A stretch of 30,986 nt of DNA from a virus, in the IMG/VR virus record IMGVR_UViG_3300010388_000223, positions 1 to 30,986 of that record; one strand, 5' to 3'. The position numbers were made by a program, and so were the translations under genes. The notes under the pieces are model-generated. The model had not been told where the DNA came from, ran no database searches, and saw only the letters and a list, made by a program, of their open reading frames with translations. How positions within the stretch are numbered: position 1 is the first letter of the stretch; each line of letters opens with the position of its first letter. Positions 1 through 6,767 of the stretch are shown piece after piece.

Positions 1-55
1 AATAAGTATGGTGATCCTGAGTATCGTTTTGATGCGGTGACTGTTGCTCTTGAGG
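1..55. repeat. 55-bp terminal overlap identical to 30932..30986; marks a circularly closed assembly
   Basis: Read directly: nt 1-55 (aataagtatggtgatcc...ctcttgagg) recur exactly as the last 55 nt. The tail-gene reading frame is continuous across the junction. Confidence 0.95.
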
Positions 56-300
56 GTTTGACTGATGTTCAGAAGATTGATGTGTTGCAACTTGATTTGG
101 GGCAGATTGTTCAGGTGAAGTTTACGCCTAATCAGGTTGGTGACGTTATTGAGCGTTATGCTCAGGTTATTGGTATTCAACATAATGTTGGTGTTGACCG
201 GCATACGATCACTTATAGTTTTGGTTCTTTGCAGTATTCGTTTCTTGTGTTGGATGATACTGGGTTTGGTATTTTGGATGAGAACGCTTTGGCGTTTTAG
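1..300 (+). CDS. C-terminal part of distal tail (Dit-like) minor tail protein; continuation of 30011..30986 across the circular junction
   Basis: Position 1 is in frame with 30011 (30932-30011 = 921 = 3x307). Open frame to TAG 298-300. The joined product is about 406 aa. Confidence 0.8.
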   Translation, partial: NKYGDPEYRFDAVTVALEGLTDVQKIDVLQLDLGQIVQVKFTPNQVGDVIERYAQVIGIQHNVGVDRHTITYSFGSLQYSFLVLDDTGFGILDENALAF

Positions 301-301
301 T

Positions 302-314
302 CCGGTAGAATAGG
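302..314 (+). promoter_or_regulatory. Late-gene cassette motif ccGGTAGAATagg (-10-like TAGAAT at 306-311), followed by TTAGGAGTTTTT-ATG
   Basis: The same motif recurs at 26018, 27069, 27938 (variants at 22791 and 24151). TAGAAT matches the actinobacterial TAGAPuT -10 consensus. No clear -35. Confidence 0.5.
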
Positions 315-336
315 GTTATTAGGTTTAGGAGTTTTT

Positions 337-1236
337 ATGGCTGGTAGTGGGCGTAAGGTTTGGGTGGCTGATGAGGTTTTGGCTGCTGCTGATTTGCAGG
401 ATTATATTCAGGATCAGACTGTTATGCGGTTTGCTAGTTCGGCTGCTCGTGCGTCTGGTATTTTGTCGCCTACTGAGGGTATGGTGACTTATTTGGATGA
501 TGCTAATGCGTTGTTTGTTTATGATGGTTCGTCGTGGGTTGCTGTTGTTGGTGATGGTTCTATTTCTACGGCTAAGCTTGCAGATAATGCTGTTACTACA
601 GTGAAGATTGCTGATGGCAATGTTAATAACGCTAAGATTGCTTCTGATATTGATGCTGGCAAGATTGCTTCTGGTACTGTAAATATTGACCGTATCCCTA
701 CGATTCCGAGTTCTAAGCTTGGAACTGGTAACTGGAATATGGGCGTGTCTACTTTAACTACAGTTAATGTGACTGCTTCTGGTGTTGTTTCCGCTGGCGA
801 TTTTAGCTCTGGCGGTACGCTTACTGCTAATGGCGGTATTGCTTCAACAGATGTTTACAACAGAAGTTTGTCTGGGCCGTATAAAGCTGTTTGGGTTGAC
901 TCCTCTGGGCGTATCGGTAACACTGCTTCCAGTATCAAAATTAAGCAGGATGTTGTTGATGCTGATGTTACGGCTGATGCAGTGTCTGCGTTACGTCTTG
1001 TAGAGTTCAGGTATCGTCAAGCTGTTGAGGCTGAGGGTGCTGAGGCTATGACTCATATTGGTTTAATAGCTGAGGAAGTTGCGGCTATTCCTGGTATGGA
1101 GAAGTTTGTTTTTTATGGTGATGATGGTGAAGTGCAGGGTGTGCATTATGAGCTTTTAGCTCTTGCGCTAATTCCTGTTATTCAGAAACAAGAGGAGCGT
1201 CTTGCTGTTCTTGAGGCTCGTTTGGGAGTGAACTAA
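337..1236 (+). CDS. Tail fibre with C-terminal intramolecular chaperone (peptidase S74-like) domain
   Basis: SD aggag upstream. Repeats of the KIADGNV / KIASD / KIASGTV type. The C-terminus IGLIAEEVAAIPGMEKFV...GVHYELLALALIPVIQKQEERLAVLEARL resembles the endosialidase/tail-fibre autoproteolytic chaperone domain. Confidence 0.75.
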   Translation: MAGSGRKVWVADEVLAAADLQDYIQDQTVMRFASSAARASGILSPTEGMVTYLDDANALFVYDGSSWVAVVGDGSISTAKLADNAVTTVKIADGNVNNAKIASDIDAGKIASGTVNIDRIPTIPSSKLGTGNWNMGVSTLTTVNVTASGVVSAGDFSSGGTLTANGGIASTDVYNRSLSGPYKAVWVDSSGRIGNTASSIKIKQDVVDADVTADAVSALRLVEFRYRQAVEAEGAEAMTHIGLIAEEVAAIPGMEKFVFYGDDGEVQGVHYELLALALIPVIQKQEERLAVLEARLGVN

Positions 1237-1898
1237 TGGCTGGTGCTGGTTGGCGTAGGTTTCAACCTGGTGAGGTTTTAACTGCTTCTAATTTGCAGAC
1301 TTATGGTATTGATCAGAGTGTGCAGGTTTATGCTGGTACTGCTGCTCGTGGTTCGGCTATTGGGACTGCGACTTCTGAGGGCATGATGTCTTATCTTGCT
1401 GATCAGGATAAGTTGCAGTTGGCGACTTCTTCTTCTAACTGGGTGGATGTTTACCCTTCTGTTGCTAACGCTGGGGAAGTCATACAAGTGGTTTACAATA
1501 TTCAAGATACGCAAGTAAATACAACAACTGGTTACCCTGGCGTAACAACTAATTTATCAGCAACAATAACGCCTAAGTTTAACAATTCCAGGATGTTTAT
1601 TTTTGTTTCTCAATATGTTCAACCTGTTTCAACTTCTAACATTTTTGATGGCGGCGTAGGTATTTTCAGAAATAACACTACTGATTTAGGTGGTAATAGC
1701 CTATCTGCTAATGCCGCACAAGGTGCTGGTGGCGCTTTAGCAATTCGTCACTTGGCGTATCTTATGCGCGAAGATTACCCTAATACTACTTCGCCTGTAA
1801 GCTATAACACTAGAATGTGGCTAAGTAATGGGTTGCGTTATGAAGCTCAGCCGAGTAATCAGCGGTCGTCTATTACTATTATGGAAGTCAAAGTTTAA
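1236..1898 (+). CDS. Second tail fibre / receptor-binding protein; its N-terminal ~80 aa are paralogous to the 337..1236 product
   Basis: TAATG coupling. N-terminus MAGAGWRRFQPGEVLTASNLQTY...AARGSAI...SEGMMSYL aligns with MAGSGRKVWVADEVLAAADLQDY...AARASGI...TEGMVTYL. Confidence 0.65.
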   Translation: MAGAGWRRFQPGEVLTASNLQTYGIDQSVQVYAGTAARGSAIGTATSEGMMSYLADQDKLQLATSSSNWVDVYPSVANAGEVIQVVYNIQDTQVNTTTGYPGVTTNLSATITPKFNNSRMFIFVSQYVQPVSTSNIFDGGVGIFRNNTTDLGGNSLSANAAQGAGGALAIRHLAYLMREDYPNTTSPVSYNTRMWLSNGLRYEAQPSNQRSSITIMEVKV

Positions 1899-1900
1899 TT

Positions 1901-2215
1901 ATGAATATTGTTGAAATTCTTACTACTAATTATCGCGGCACTAAGTGGGCTTTGACAGGTAATGATTATGCTGGCCTTGAATGGCTAGATGAAGAAACCC
2001 CTAAGCCTACAGAAGCCGAGCTAAAAAAGCAGTGGGCTGACGTTCAATACCAGACACAACTAGCTGACGTTAAAGCGGCACGCCACTTGGCTTATACTGC
2101 TCCTAACGGTTCTGACGCCGTGTTTATGAAATATCAGCGCGGTGAAGCAACAAAACAAGAATGGCTAGATGCTATACAAGTCGTCAATGATGCTAACCCG
2201 TATCCCGTAAAGTAG
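1901..2215 (+). CDS. Hypothetical protein, possibly a fibre-associated/assembly protein (XkdW-like pattern)
   Basis: 104-aa ORF between fibre and endolysin. The W...LEWLDEETPKPTEAEL pattern is reminiscent of XkdW-type proteins. Function unverified. Confidence 0.55.
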   Translation: MNIVEILTTNYRGTKWALTGNDYAGLEWLDEETPKPTEAELKKQWADVQYQTQLADVKAARHLAYTAPNGSDAVFMKYQRGEATKQEWLDAIQVVNDANPYPVK

Positions 2216-2220
2216 TAGCA

Positions 2221-2934
2221 ATGGCAACTATTAGCGGTATAACACCTATGACGTTAGAACAGTTTTTTGCTATCCCTAACGGAACACAAATATACAACTA
2301 CGGAAACAGTCAATGTGTGGCTTTAGCCAACCAATATGATGAAGGCGTTTTACAAAACCCACTCCCCACAGGTATACAGTCTGCCTATCAATGGTGGACT
2401 CAATACGCTACACAACCTAACCTGAATCAACAGTTTGTGCAGGTATCTGCTTCACCTATGAAGGGTGACATTTTTGTTGGCCGTGGCGGATCATACGATT
2501 CGACTCATGGGCATATTGGTGTTGTGGCTCGTAACTGGGATGGCTCAACTTTCGGTACAATGGAACAAGGCGTTTGGTCTGGATATAACGGCTATGTCAC
2601 TCGATTAAATCGAAACATGGCTAACATTTTAGGTTTCTTACGCCCGATAGAAAACGTAAACCATGATGGAGATGATGAAGTGCCTTCGAGTCAATATTTT
2701 ATAGCAAGTAGTAATAATGCTTCTGGCACTGTTAAAAAGGGTGATGTGTGGGTGCGTGGTTTCCCTGGTGCGCCTCTTACTGCTTTGACTTCTGGTCAAG
2801 CGTATGACTGGTTCCAGTTGCAGAAACTCGACTATAACGCGCCTGGCGTTTATTCTAAGCCTGGGTCATGGTTTGATTTGGCGTTTGCTGAGGATAACAC
2901 TTCTGCCGCTTTGACTAAGAAGGTTCACAGCTAA
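2221..2934 (+). CDS. Endolysin: N-terminal CHAP peptidase/amidase domain plus uncharacterised C-terminal (cell-wall-binding?) domain
   Basis: Cys-His CHAP signature: GNSQCVALANQY ... GDIFV ... THGHIGVV. Lies immediately upstream of the holin. Confidence 0.8.
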   Translation: MATISGITPMTLEQFFAIPNGTQIYNYGNSQCVALANQYDEGVLQNPLPTGIQSAYQWWTQYATQPNLNQQFVQVSASPMKGDIFVGRGGSYDSTHGHIGVVARNWDGSTFGTMEQGVWSGYNGYVTRLNRNMANILGFLRPIENVNHDGDDEVPSSQYFIASSNNASGTVKKGDVWVRGFPGAPLTALTSGQAYDWFQLQKLDYNAPGVYSKPGSWFDLAFAEDNTSAALTKKVHS

Positions 2935-3137
2935 TGTTTGTTTTCACTAAAGCTTTTTGGGCTTACGCTGGTGAGCGTGCTATTAAGACTGTTGCTCAGG
3001 CTGCTCTTGCTGTGATTGGCACTGGTGCTGTAGGTATTTTGTCTGTGGACTGGCAGGGTATTGCTTCTGTATCGTTGATGGCTGGCATTATTTCAGTGTT
3101 GACTTCTGTTGCTAATCATGGTGGCAGTGATGGCTGA
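2934..3137 (+). CDS. Holin (phage r1t-holin-like)
   Basis: 67 aa with two hydrophobic segments. AGERAIKTVAQAALAVIG ... VDWQGI...SVLTSVANH matches the r1t/actinophage holin pattern. TAATG coupling to the endolysin. Confidence 0.8.
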   Translation: MFVFTKAFWAYAGERAIKTVAQAALAVIGTGAVGILSVDWQGIASVSLMAGIISVLTSVANHGGSDG

Positions 3138-3384
3138 GCCTACTCTTAACGATGTCCTAATTGCTATCGCACGTTTGGAAGCTAAACAAGACGCAATGAT
3201 GAAACAACTAGACGAGCTATCCAAGACCAGTGATCAGCATTGGAAGCGTATTAACGAGATTGAAACTAAGCTTGCGCTGTTGGAGCAACGTCAAGGCCCT
3301 CGTGTGCATTGGACTTCTATCGTTGGCCCTATCCTGGGTATTGTCGCTTTGATTGCGGCATATGTGACTTATATCGTCAAATAA
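3130..3384 (+). CDS. Lysis-associated membrane protein (N-terminal coiled coil, C-terminal TM segment)
   Basis: The ATG at 3130 overlaps the holin stop by 8 nt. C-terminal IVGPILGIVALIAAYVTYIV is a TM helix. Function inferred from position only. Confidence 0.55.
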   Translation: MAEPTLNDVLIAIARLEAKQDAMMKQLDELSKTSDQHWKRINEIETKLALLEQRQGPRVHWTSIVGPILGIVALIAAYVTYIVK

Positions 3385-3571
3385 GGTTCTGAGGCACTGA
3401 ACCTTCCCCAGCAGGGGTTTATTTGTAGTGCCAGTTATGGAGTAAATACAGTGGATAATGTTGTTGTTGAAGGCTACTCGGTTCCCCAAGACCCTATGGA
3501 TCAGTTTCAGTGTGATAGCTGTCAATAAGGTATAGTTGTACTACTGCTTGTCCCCTTTCCAGGCAGATAAG

Positions 3572-3610
3572 AAACCCCTCTAGTTGAGTATTCCTAGAGG
3601 GGTTTTCTTT
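3572..3610. terminator. Bidirectional rho-independent terminator between convergent + (lysis) and - (small-protein) transcription units
   Basis: 12-bp perfect stem aaacccctctag / ctagaggggttt with a 10-nt loop, A-run upstream and T-run downstream. Confidence 0.8.
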
Positions 3611-3737
3611 ATGCTTTCAAGTGTTTATATCCGGTGACGATTATTGCGCCTATGAGGAGCAGTGTGAGCCCGTTGAAGCCGGTCAGAATGATTTGTGCTA
3701 CTGCTGCGGTGAATAGTGCCCAGATTATTAAAGCCAT
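3609..3737 (-). CDS. Small membrane protein (42 aa)
   Basis: Hand translation: MALIIWALFTAAVAQIILTGFNGLTLLLIGAIIVTGYKHLKA. Its ATG overlaps the end of the upstream gene. Below the ORF-track size cutoff. Confidence 0.55.
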   Translation of the reverse strand: MALIIWALFTAAVAQIILTGFNGLTLLLIGAIIVTGYKHLKA

Positions 3738-3886
3738 GCGACTATGATTCCTAACGTGGTGAGTGCCATTACGATTACTGCGACTACGCCACAGCCTACG
3801 GCTAGTGCGCGGTCATCTTCCCATTTTTGTGATGCGTAGGAGTCCTCGTATTGGTTGTAGGGGATTGGGTTGTGTTCGTTTTCCAT
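3728..3886 (-). CDS. Small membrane protein (52 aa)
   Basis: Hand translation: MENEHNPIPYNQYEDSYASQKWEDDRALAVGCGVVAVIVMALTTLGIIVAWL. SD gggagac upstream. C-terminal TM helix. Confidence 0.6.
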   Translation of the reverse strand: MENEHNPIPYNQYEDSYASQKWEDDRALAVGCGVVAVIVMALTTLGIIVAWL

Positions 3887-3895
3887 TAGTCTCCC

Positions 3896-4060
3896 TCACT
3901 TCACGATTTCAATTTTTTGTGGCTTGATGTTGTATGCCCCGTAGTAGGTGCTTTTACGGTCTACGCGGATTGCAGTTACTCCATTGTCAGTGATTTCTGT
4001 TACTTCGCGGATGATGTTAGAACCCTTAATTCGGATGATGTCTCCGATTTTGATTTCCAT
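3896..4060 (-). CDS. Small hypothetical protein (54 aa), first gene of the leftward operon
   Basis: The internal Met of the 73-aa track ORF is preceded by aagaaaGGAAAcaaa, the same leader/SD as the duplicated cassette at 7711-7725. Product MEIKIGDIIRIKGSNIIREV... Confidence 0.65.
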   Translation of the reverse strand: MEIKIGDIIRIKGSNIIREVTEITDNGVTAIRVDRKSTYYGAYNIKPQKIEIVK

Positions 4061-4105
4061 TTTGTTTCCTTTCTTCGGGGCTTCGCCCTCTTTGCTTATG
4101 TATAT

Positions 4106-4133
4106 ACAATAACACACACAAAGACTATGTCAA
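4106..4133 (-). promoter_or_regulatory. Leftward early promoter: TTGACA-N16 (with TGn)-TATTGT
   Basis: Reverse complement reads aaatagtgTTGACAtagtctttgtgtgTGtTATTGTatatacataagc. It is duplicated almost verbatim on the + strand at 7655-7682. Confidence 0.7.
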
Positions 4134-4164
4134 CACTATTTTCAAACATTTTCTAAAAAATATT

Positions 4165-4194
4165 TTGGCAAATGTCAGACCCTATGTCTATACT
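4165..4194 (+). promoter_or_regulatory. Rightward early promoter: TTGGCA-N18-TATACT
   Basis: Read directly. Divergent from the leftward promoter, 27 nt upstream of the 4221 start with SD aagggaa. Confidence 0.55.
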
Positions 4195-4220
4195 CAATAT
4201 CAACCTAGAAAGGGAAACTA

Positions 4221-4643
4221 ATGGTTAGAAATCGTGCAAGCGCAAAAAAAGCAGGAACAGCCTTCGAAACACTCGTCGCAGAATACCTAGCAATGAAACT
4301 AGCTGACATCAGAATTGAACGTCGAGCTAAGACTGGTGCTAAGGATCGTGGCGACATTGCTGGGGTTCTCACTGTTGCTGGTGGCGCGGTAGTTATCGAG
4401 TGTAAGAACACTGCCCGTGATGGGTTGCCTCAGTGGATTAAAGAAGCTGAGATTGAACGTAAGAATGATGATGAGGTTACTGGTCGTACTGTGGCTGGTG
4501 TTGTGGTGCATAAGAAGCATGGTTCTAATAAGGCTGCGGAACAGTATGTGACTATGACTTTGGAGACGTTTGTTATCTTGCTTGAGGGTGGTTCGCCTAA
4601 TGCGCGGTTTGTGGATGTGGCTAAAGAGGTGCGGAACGTATGA
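4221..4643 (+). CDS. PD-(D/E)xK-fold nuclease, Holliday-junction-resolvase-like
   Basis: GTAFETLVAEYL ... DRGDIAGV ... VVIECKN (D...ExK arrangement). First gene of a recombination module. Confidence 0.55.
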   Translation: MVRNRASAKKAGTAFETLVAEYLAMKLADIRIERRAKTGAKDRGDIAGVLTVAGGAVVIECKNTARDGLPQWIKEAEIERKNDDEVTGRTVAGVVVHKKHGSNKAAEQYVTMTLETFVILLEGGSPNARFVDVAKEVRNV

Positions 4644-5245
4644 TTCCTGTTGAGCGTTTTATAGTCTCTAGTCAGACTAAGGATTTGTGGCTTGAGGCGC
4701 GTGACCGTGGCGTTACAGCTACTCAGGTGGCTAAGGCTTCTACACCGGCTGGGTTGAAGGAGGTTTTGGCGCAAATTGAGAATCCTCAACCTGTTGATGT
4801 TAATGCTTTCATGTTGTGGGGTGTTGAGCGTGAACCTTATATTGCTCATGTTGTGAAGGAGCGTTTTGGGGTGTTGCCTAACGATTGGCTTATTGCTGCT
4901 GATGGCTCTGGTAATGAGTGGATGATGGCAACTCCTGACGGTTTGTCGCTGGATCACACTGTGATTGGTGAATATAAGACTTCTGGGAAACCGTTGGATG
5001 TTATCCCGTTGAACTATCTCAGGCAGATTCAATGGCAACTGTTTGTGACTGGTGCTGAACAATGTGTGTTTGCGTATGAGTTGCGGATGGAAGGGCCGGA
5101 AGGTTTTGTTCCTGGGTTTGATGTTGAATGTCAGATTGTGGAACGTAACGAGGAGATGATTTCTAAGCTGGTTGATACGGCTCAGAAGGTACAGGAGCAC
5201 GCTGTTTATTGGGAGCGTGCACAACGAGAAAAGGGAGAAAAATAA
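4640..5245 (+). CDS. YqaJ/lambda-Exo-like recombination exonuclease
   Basis: GVTATQVAKA ... WGVEREPYIA ... ATPDGL ... IGEYKT pattern of the YqaJ viral recombinase domain. ATGA coupling. Confidence 0.7.
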   Translation: MIPVERFIVSSQTKDLWLEARDRGVTATQVAKASTPAGLKEVLAQIENPQPVDVNAFMLWGVEREPYIAHVVKERFGVLPNDWLIAADGSGNEWMMATPDGLSLDHTVIGEYKTSGKPLDVIPLNYLRQIQWQLFVTGAEQCVFAYELRMEGPEGFVPGFDVECQIVERNEEMISKLVDTAQKVQEHAVYWERAQREKGEK

Positions 5246-5763
5246 TGGCACAATTCAGCCTTGATTCATACGAGTTAGTTGTTGACCGTATTAAACGGTT
5301 CTATGAAATGTATCCAGATGGTCGCATTATCACTGAGGATTACACTTCAGATAATGACCGCGCTTCTTTGATGTGGCGTGTGAAAGCTACTATTTATTTG
5401 AACGCTGGTGATCAGGCTCTTGGTTTACCTAAGTCAACAGGTCACGCTTTTGAGATTGACGGTGTTGGTATGGCGCAAAAGACTGCCGCGCTTGAGACTT
5501 GTGAAAGCTCTGCTATTGGGCGTGCCCTTTATGCTATGGGTTTGAGTGGGCAGAAAGCTCCTAGCCGTGAGGAGATGGAGAAGGCTCAACGGGGTAAGAC
5601 TCCTCAGAAGCCTGCTGTGAAGATTCCTGATGGCCTGCTTGACACTATTTCTAAGCTGGAGTCTATTGATGCTTTGAAGCTGGTGTGGGCTGAGGCTGTT
5701 GCTGGTGGCTATTCTGCTGATGTGCAGGATGCTGTGACTGCCCGTAAGAAGGAGCTCTCGTGA
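5245..5763 (+). CDS. Putative single-strand annealing protein (Rad52/Sak-like), partner of the exonuclease
   Basis: TAATG coupling to the exonuclease. Motif LETCESSAIGRALYAMGL resembles the conserved annealing-protein helix. Family assignment not verified. Confidence 0.5.
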   Translation: MAQFSLDSYELVVDRIKRFYEMYPDGRIITEDYTSDNDRASLMWRVKATIYLNAGDQALGLPKSTGHAFEIDGVGMAQKTAALETCESSAIGRALYAMGLSGQKAPSREEMEKAQRGKTPQKPAVKIPDGLLDTISKLESIDALKLVWAEAVAGGYSADVQDAVTARKKELS

Positions 5764-6083
5764 CTCCTGAAGAAATAAGGTTGGAGCTGACTCAGGTTGG
5801 GCGTGAACTTAGTAAAGCAAGTGATGCTATACAAAGGTTAGAGATTGCTGCAGAGCAGGCAGAACTAAAAGCACAGTCTGATATGGATAAGGTTTATATG
5901 ACGGCTGAAGGCTCGATTGAGGATCGGCGCACTATTGCGCGTGAGAAAGCTATTGAGTCTCGTGATGCGGCCATTATTGCTAGGGCTTCATATAACAGGG
6001 CTAAATTGAAGGCTAAACATTTAGAGCTTAGTCAGATGAGGCTTATGGCAATTCTTAAATCTGTTCAGCTTGAAGGCGCTTAG
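5760..6083 (+). CDS. Coiled-coil hypothetical protein
   Basis: GTGA coupling. 107 aa rich in A/E/K/R heptad-like sequence. Confidence 0.6.
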   Translation: MTPEEIRLELTQVGRELSKASDAIQRLEIAAEQAELKAQSDMDKVYMTAEGSIEDRRTIAREKAIESRDAAIIARASYNRAKLKAKHLELSQMRLMAILKSVQLEGA

Positions 6084-6152
6084 TTGGTACAATTAATAAA
6101 CCCCAGCGATACGCTAATATCCTGGGGCATGACCAACAAGTTAGGTGTTGAT

Positions 6153-6767
6153 ATGTCTGAGTATAAACGTTGTGCACGTTGTCGCAAAATATTACAATTA
6201 GAATCTTTTGGTAGCCACACTCGTTACAAAGATGGCAAACAACCTAGTTGCAAAGAATGCACTACTGAATATCGGCTGAATTGGAAGCATGAAAAACTTC
6301 TTGTTGATCCAGATTACTTTAATAGGGAATCAAGAGAACGTACATTAAAAAACCCTGAAGCAGTTAGACAATATAAAAAAGAATGGCGCAATAACAATTT
6401 AGATAAAGCTCGTAGTTATGCTGTTGATTGGGCAAAAAGAAATCCTGAGTCTGTAAAGCGTAATATTGCTAATTGGATTGCTAATAATCCTGAAAAAGTG
6501 GCTGCTAGTAAACATTCTAGGAGAACCAGAAAGTTAGCTAATGGTGTTTTTGATGTGCGTAAATCTTATATTGCTAGATTGTATGCTTCTAATTGTGTGG
6601 CTTGTGGAAGCAATAAAAATATTGAGTTAGATCACGTTATGCCTATTTCTCGTGGTGGTGCTCAGAGTGAAGGCAATTTGCAGCCTTTGTGTCGTTTTTG
6701 TAATAGGTCAAAAGGAAATAAAACAATGATGGAATGGCGAATTTGCCAGATAAGAAGGGGTGCATAG
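6153..6767 (+). CDS. HNH endonuclease with N-terminal zinc ribbon (free-standing, homing-type)
   Basis: CARCRK...CKEC, then NIELDHVMPISRGGAQSEGNLQPLCRFCNRSKGNK. Start chosen at ATG 6153 (SD aggtg). The track ORF begins at TTG 6084, which lies inside a tGGTACAAT -10-like box. Confidence 0.8.
   Translation: MSEYKRCARCRKILQLESFGSHTRYKDGKQPSCKECTTEYRLNWKHEKLLVDPDYFNRESRERTLKNPEAVRQYKKEWRNNNLDKARSYAVDWAKRNPESVKRNIANWIANNPEKVAASKHSRRTRKLANGVFDVRKSYIARLYASNCVACGSNKNIELDHVMPISRGGAQSEGNLQPLCRFCNRSKGNKTMMEWRICQIRRGA

Noticed and set aside
1-55. Terminal repeat as biological direct terminal repeats (DTR packaging)
   Set aside because: It is exactly 55 nt, lies in the middle of a tail gene, and keeps the frame continuous. 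This fits an assembler k-mer overlap of a circular contig better. The HNH-terS region is the more plausible site of the physical ends.
782-1003. Same-strand out-of-frame ORFs with Leu/Val/Arg-rich products (782-1003, 7304-7540, 17360-17548, 19638-19910, 23168-23473, 26134-26346, 28285-28473, 28776-28958)
   Set aside because: They are alternative frames inside recognisable genes. G+T-rich sequence yields few stops and L/V/R/F-rich pseudo-proteins. No independent evidence supports them.
4430-5251. 273-aa minus-strand ORF antisense to the exonuclease gene. Similar long antisense ORFs lie at 17602-18204, 24640-25203, 22941-23309, 16411-16773 and 28754-29074.
   Set aside because: They completely overlap well-supported + strand genes. 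Their products are low-complexity and rich in L/R/S/T/N/H, have no SD or recognisable motifs, and are the expected stop-poor shadow frames of strongly skewed DNA.
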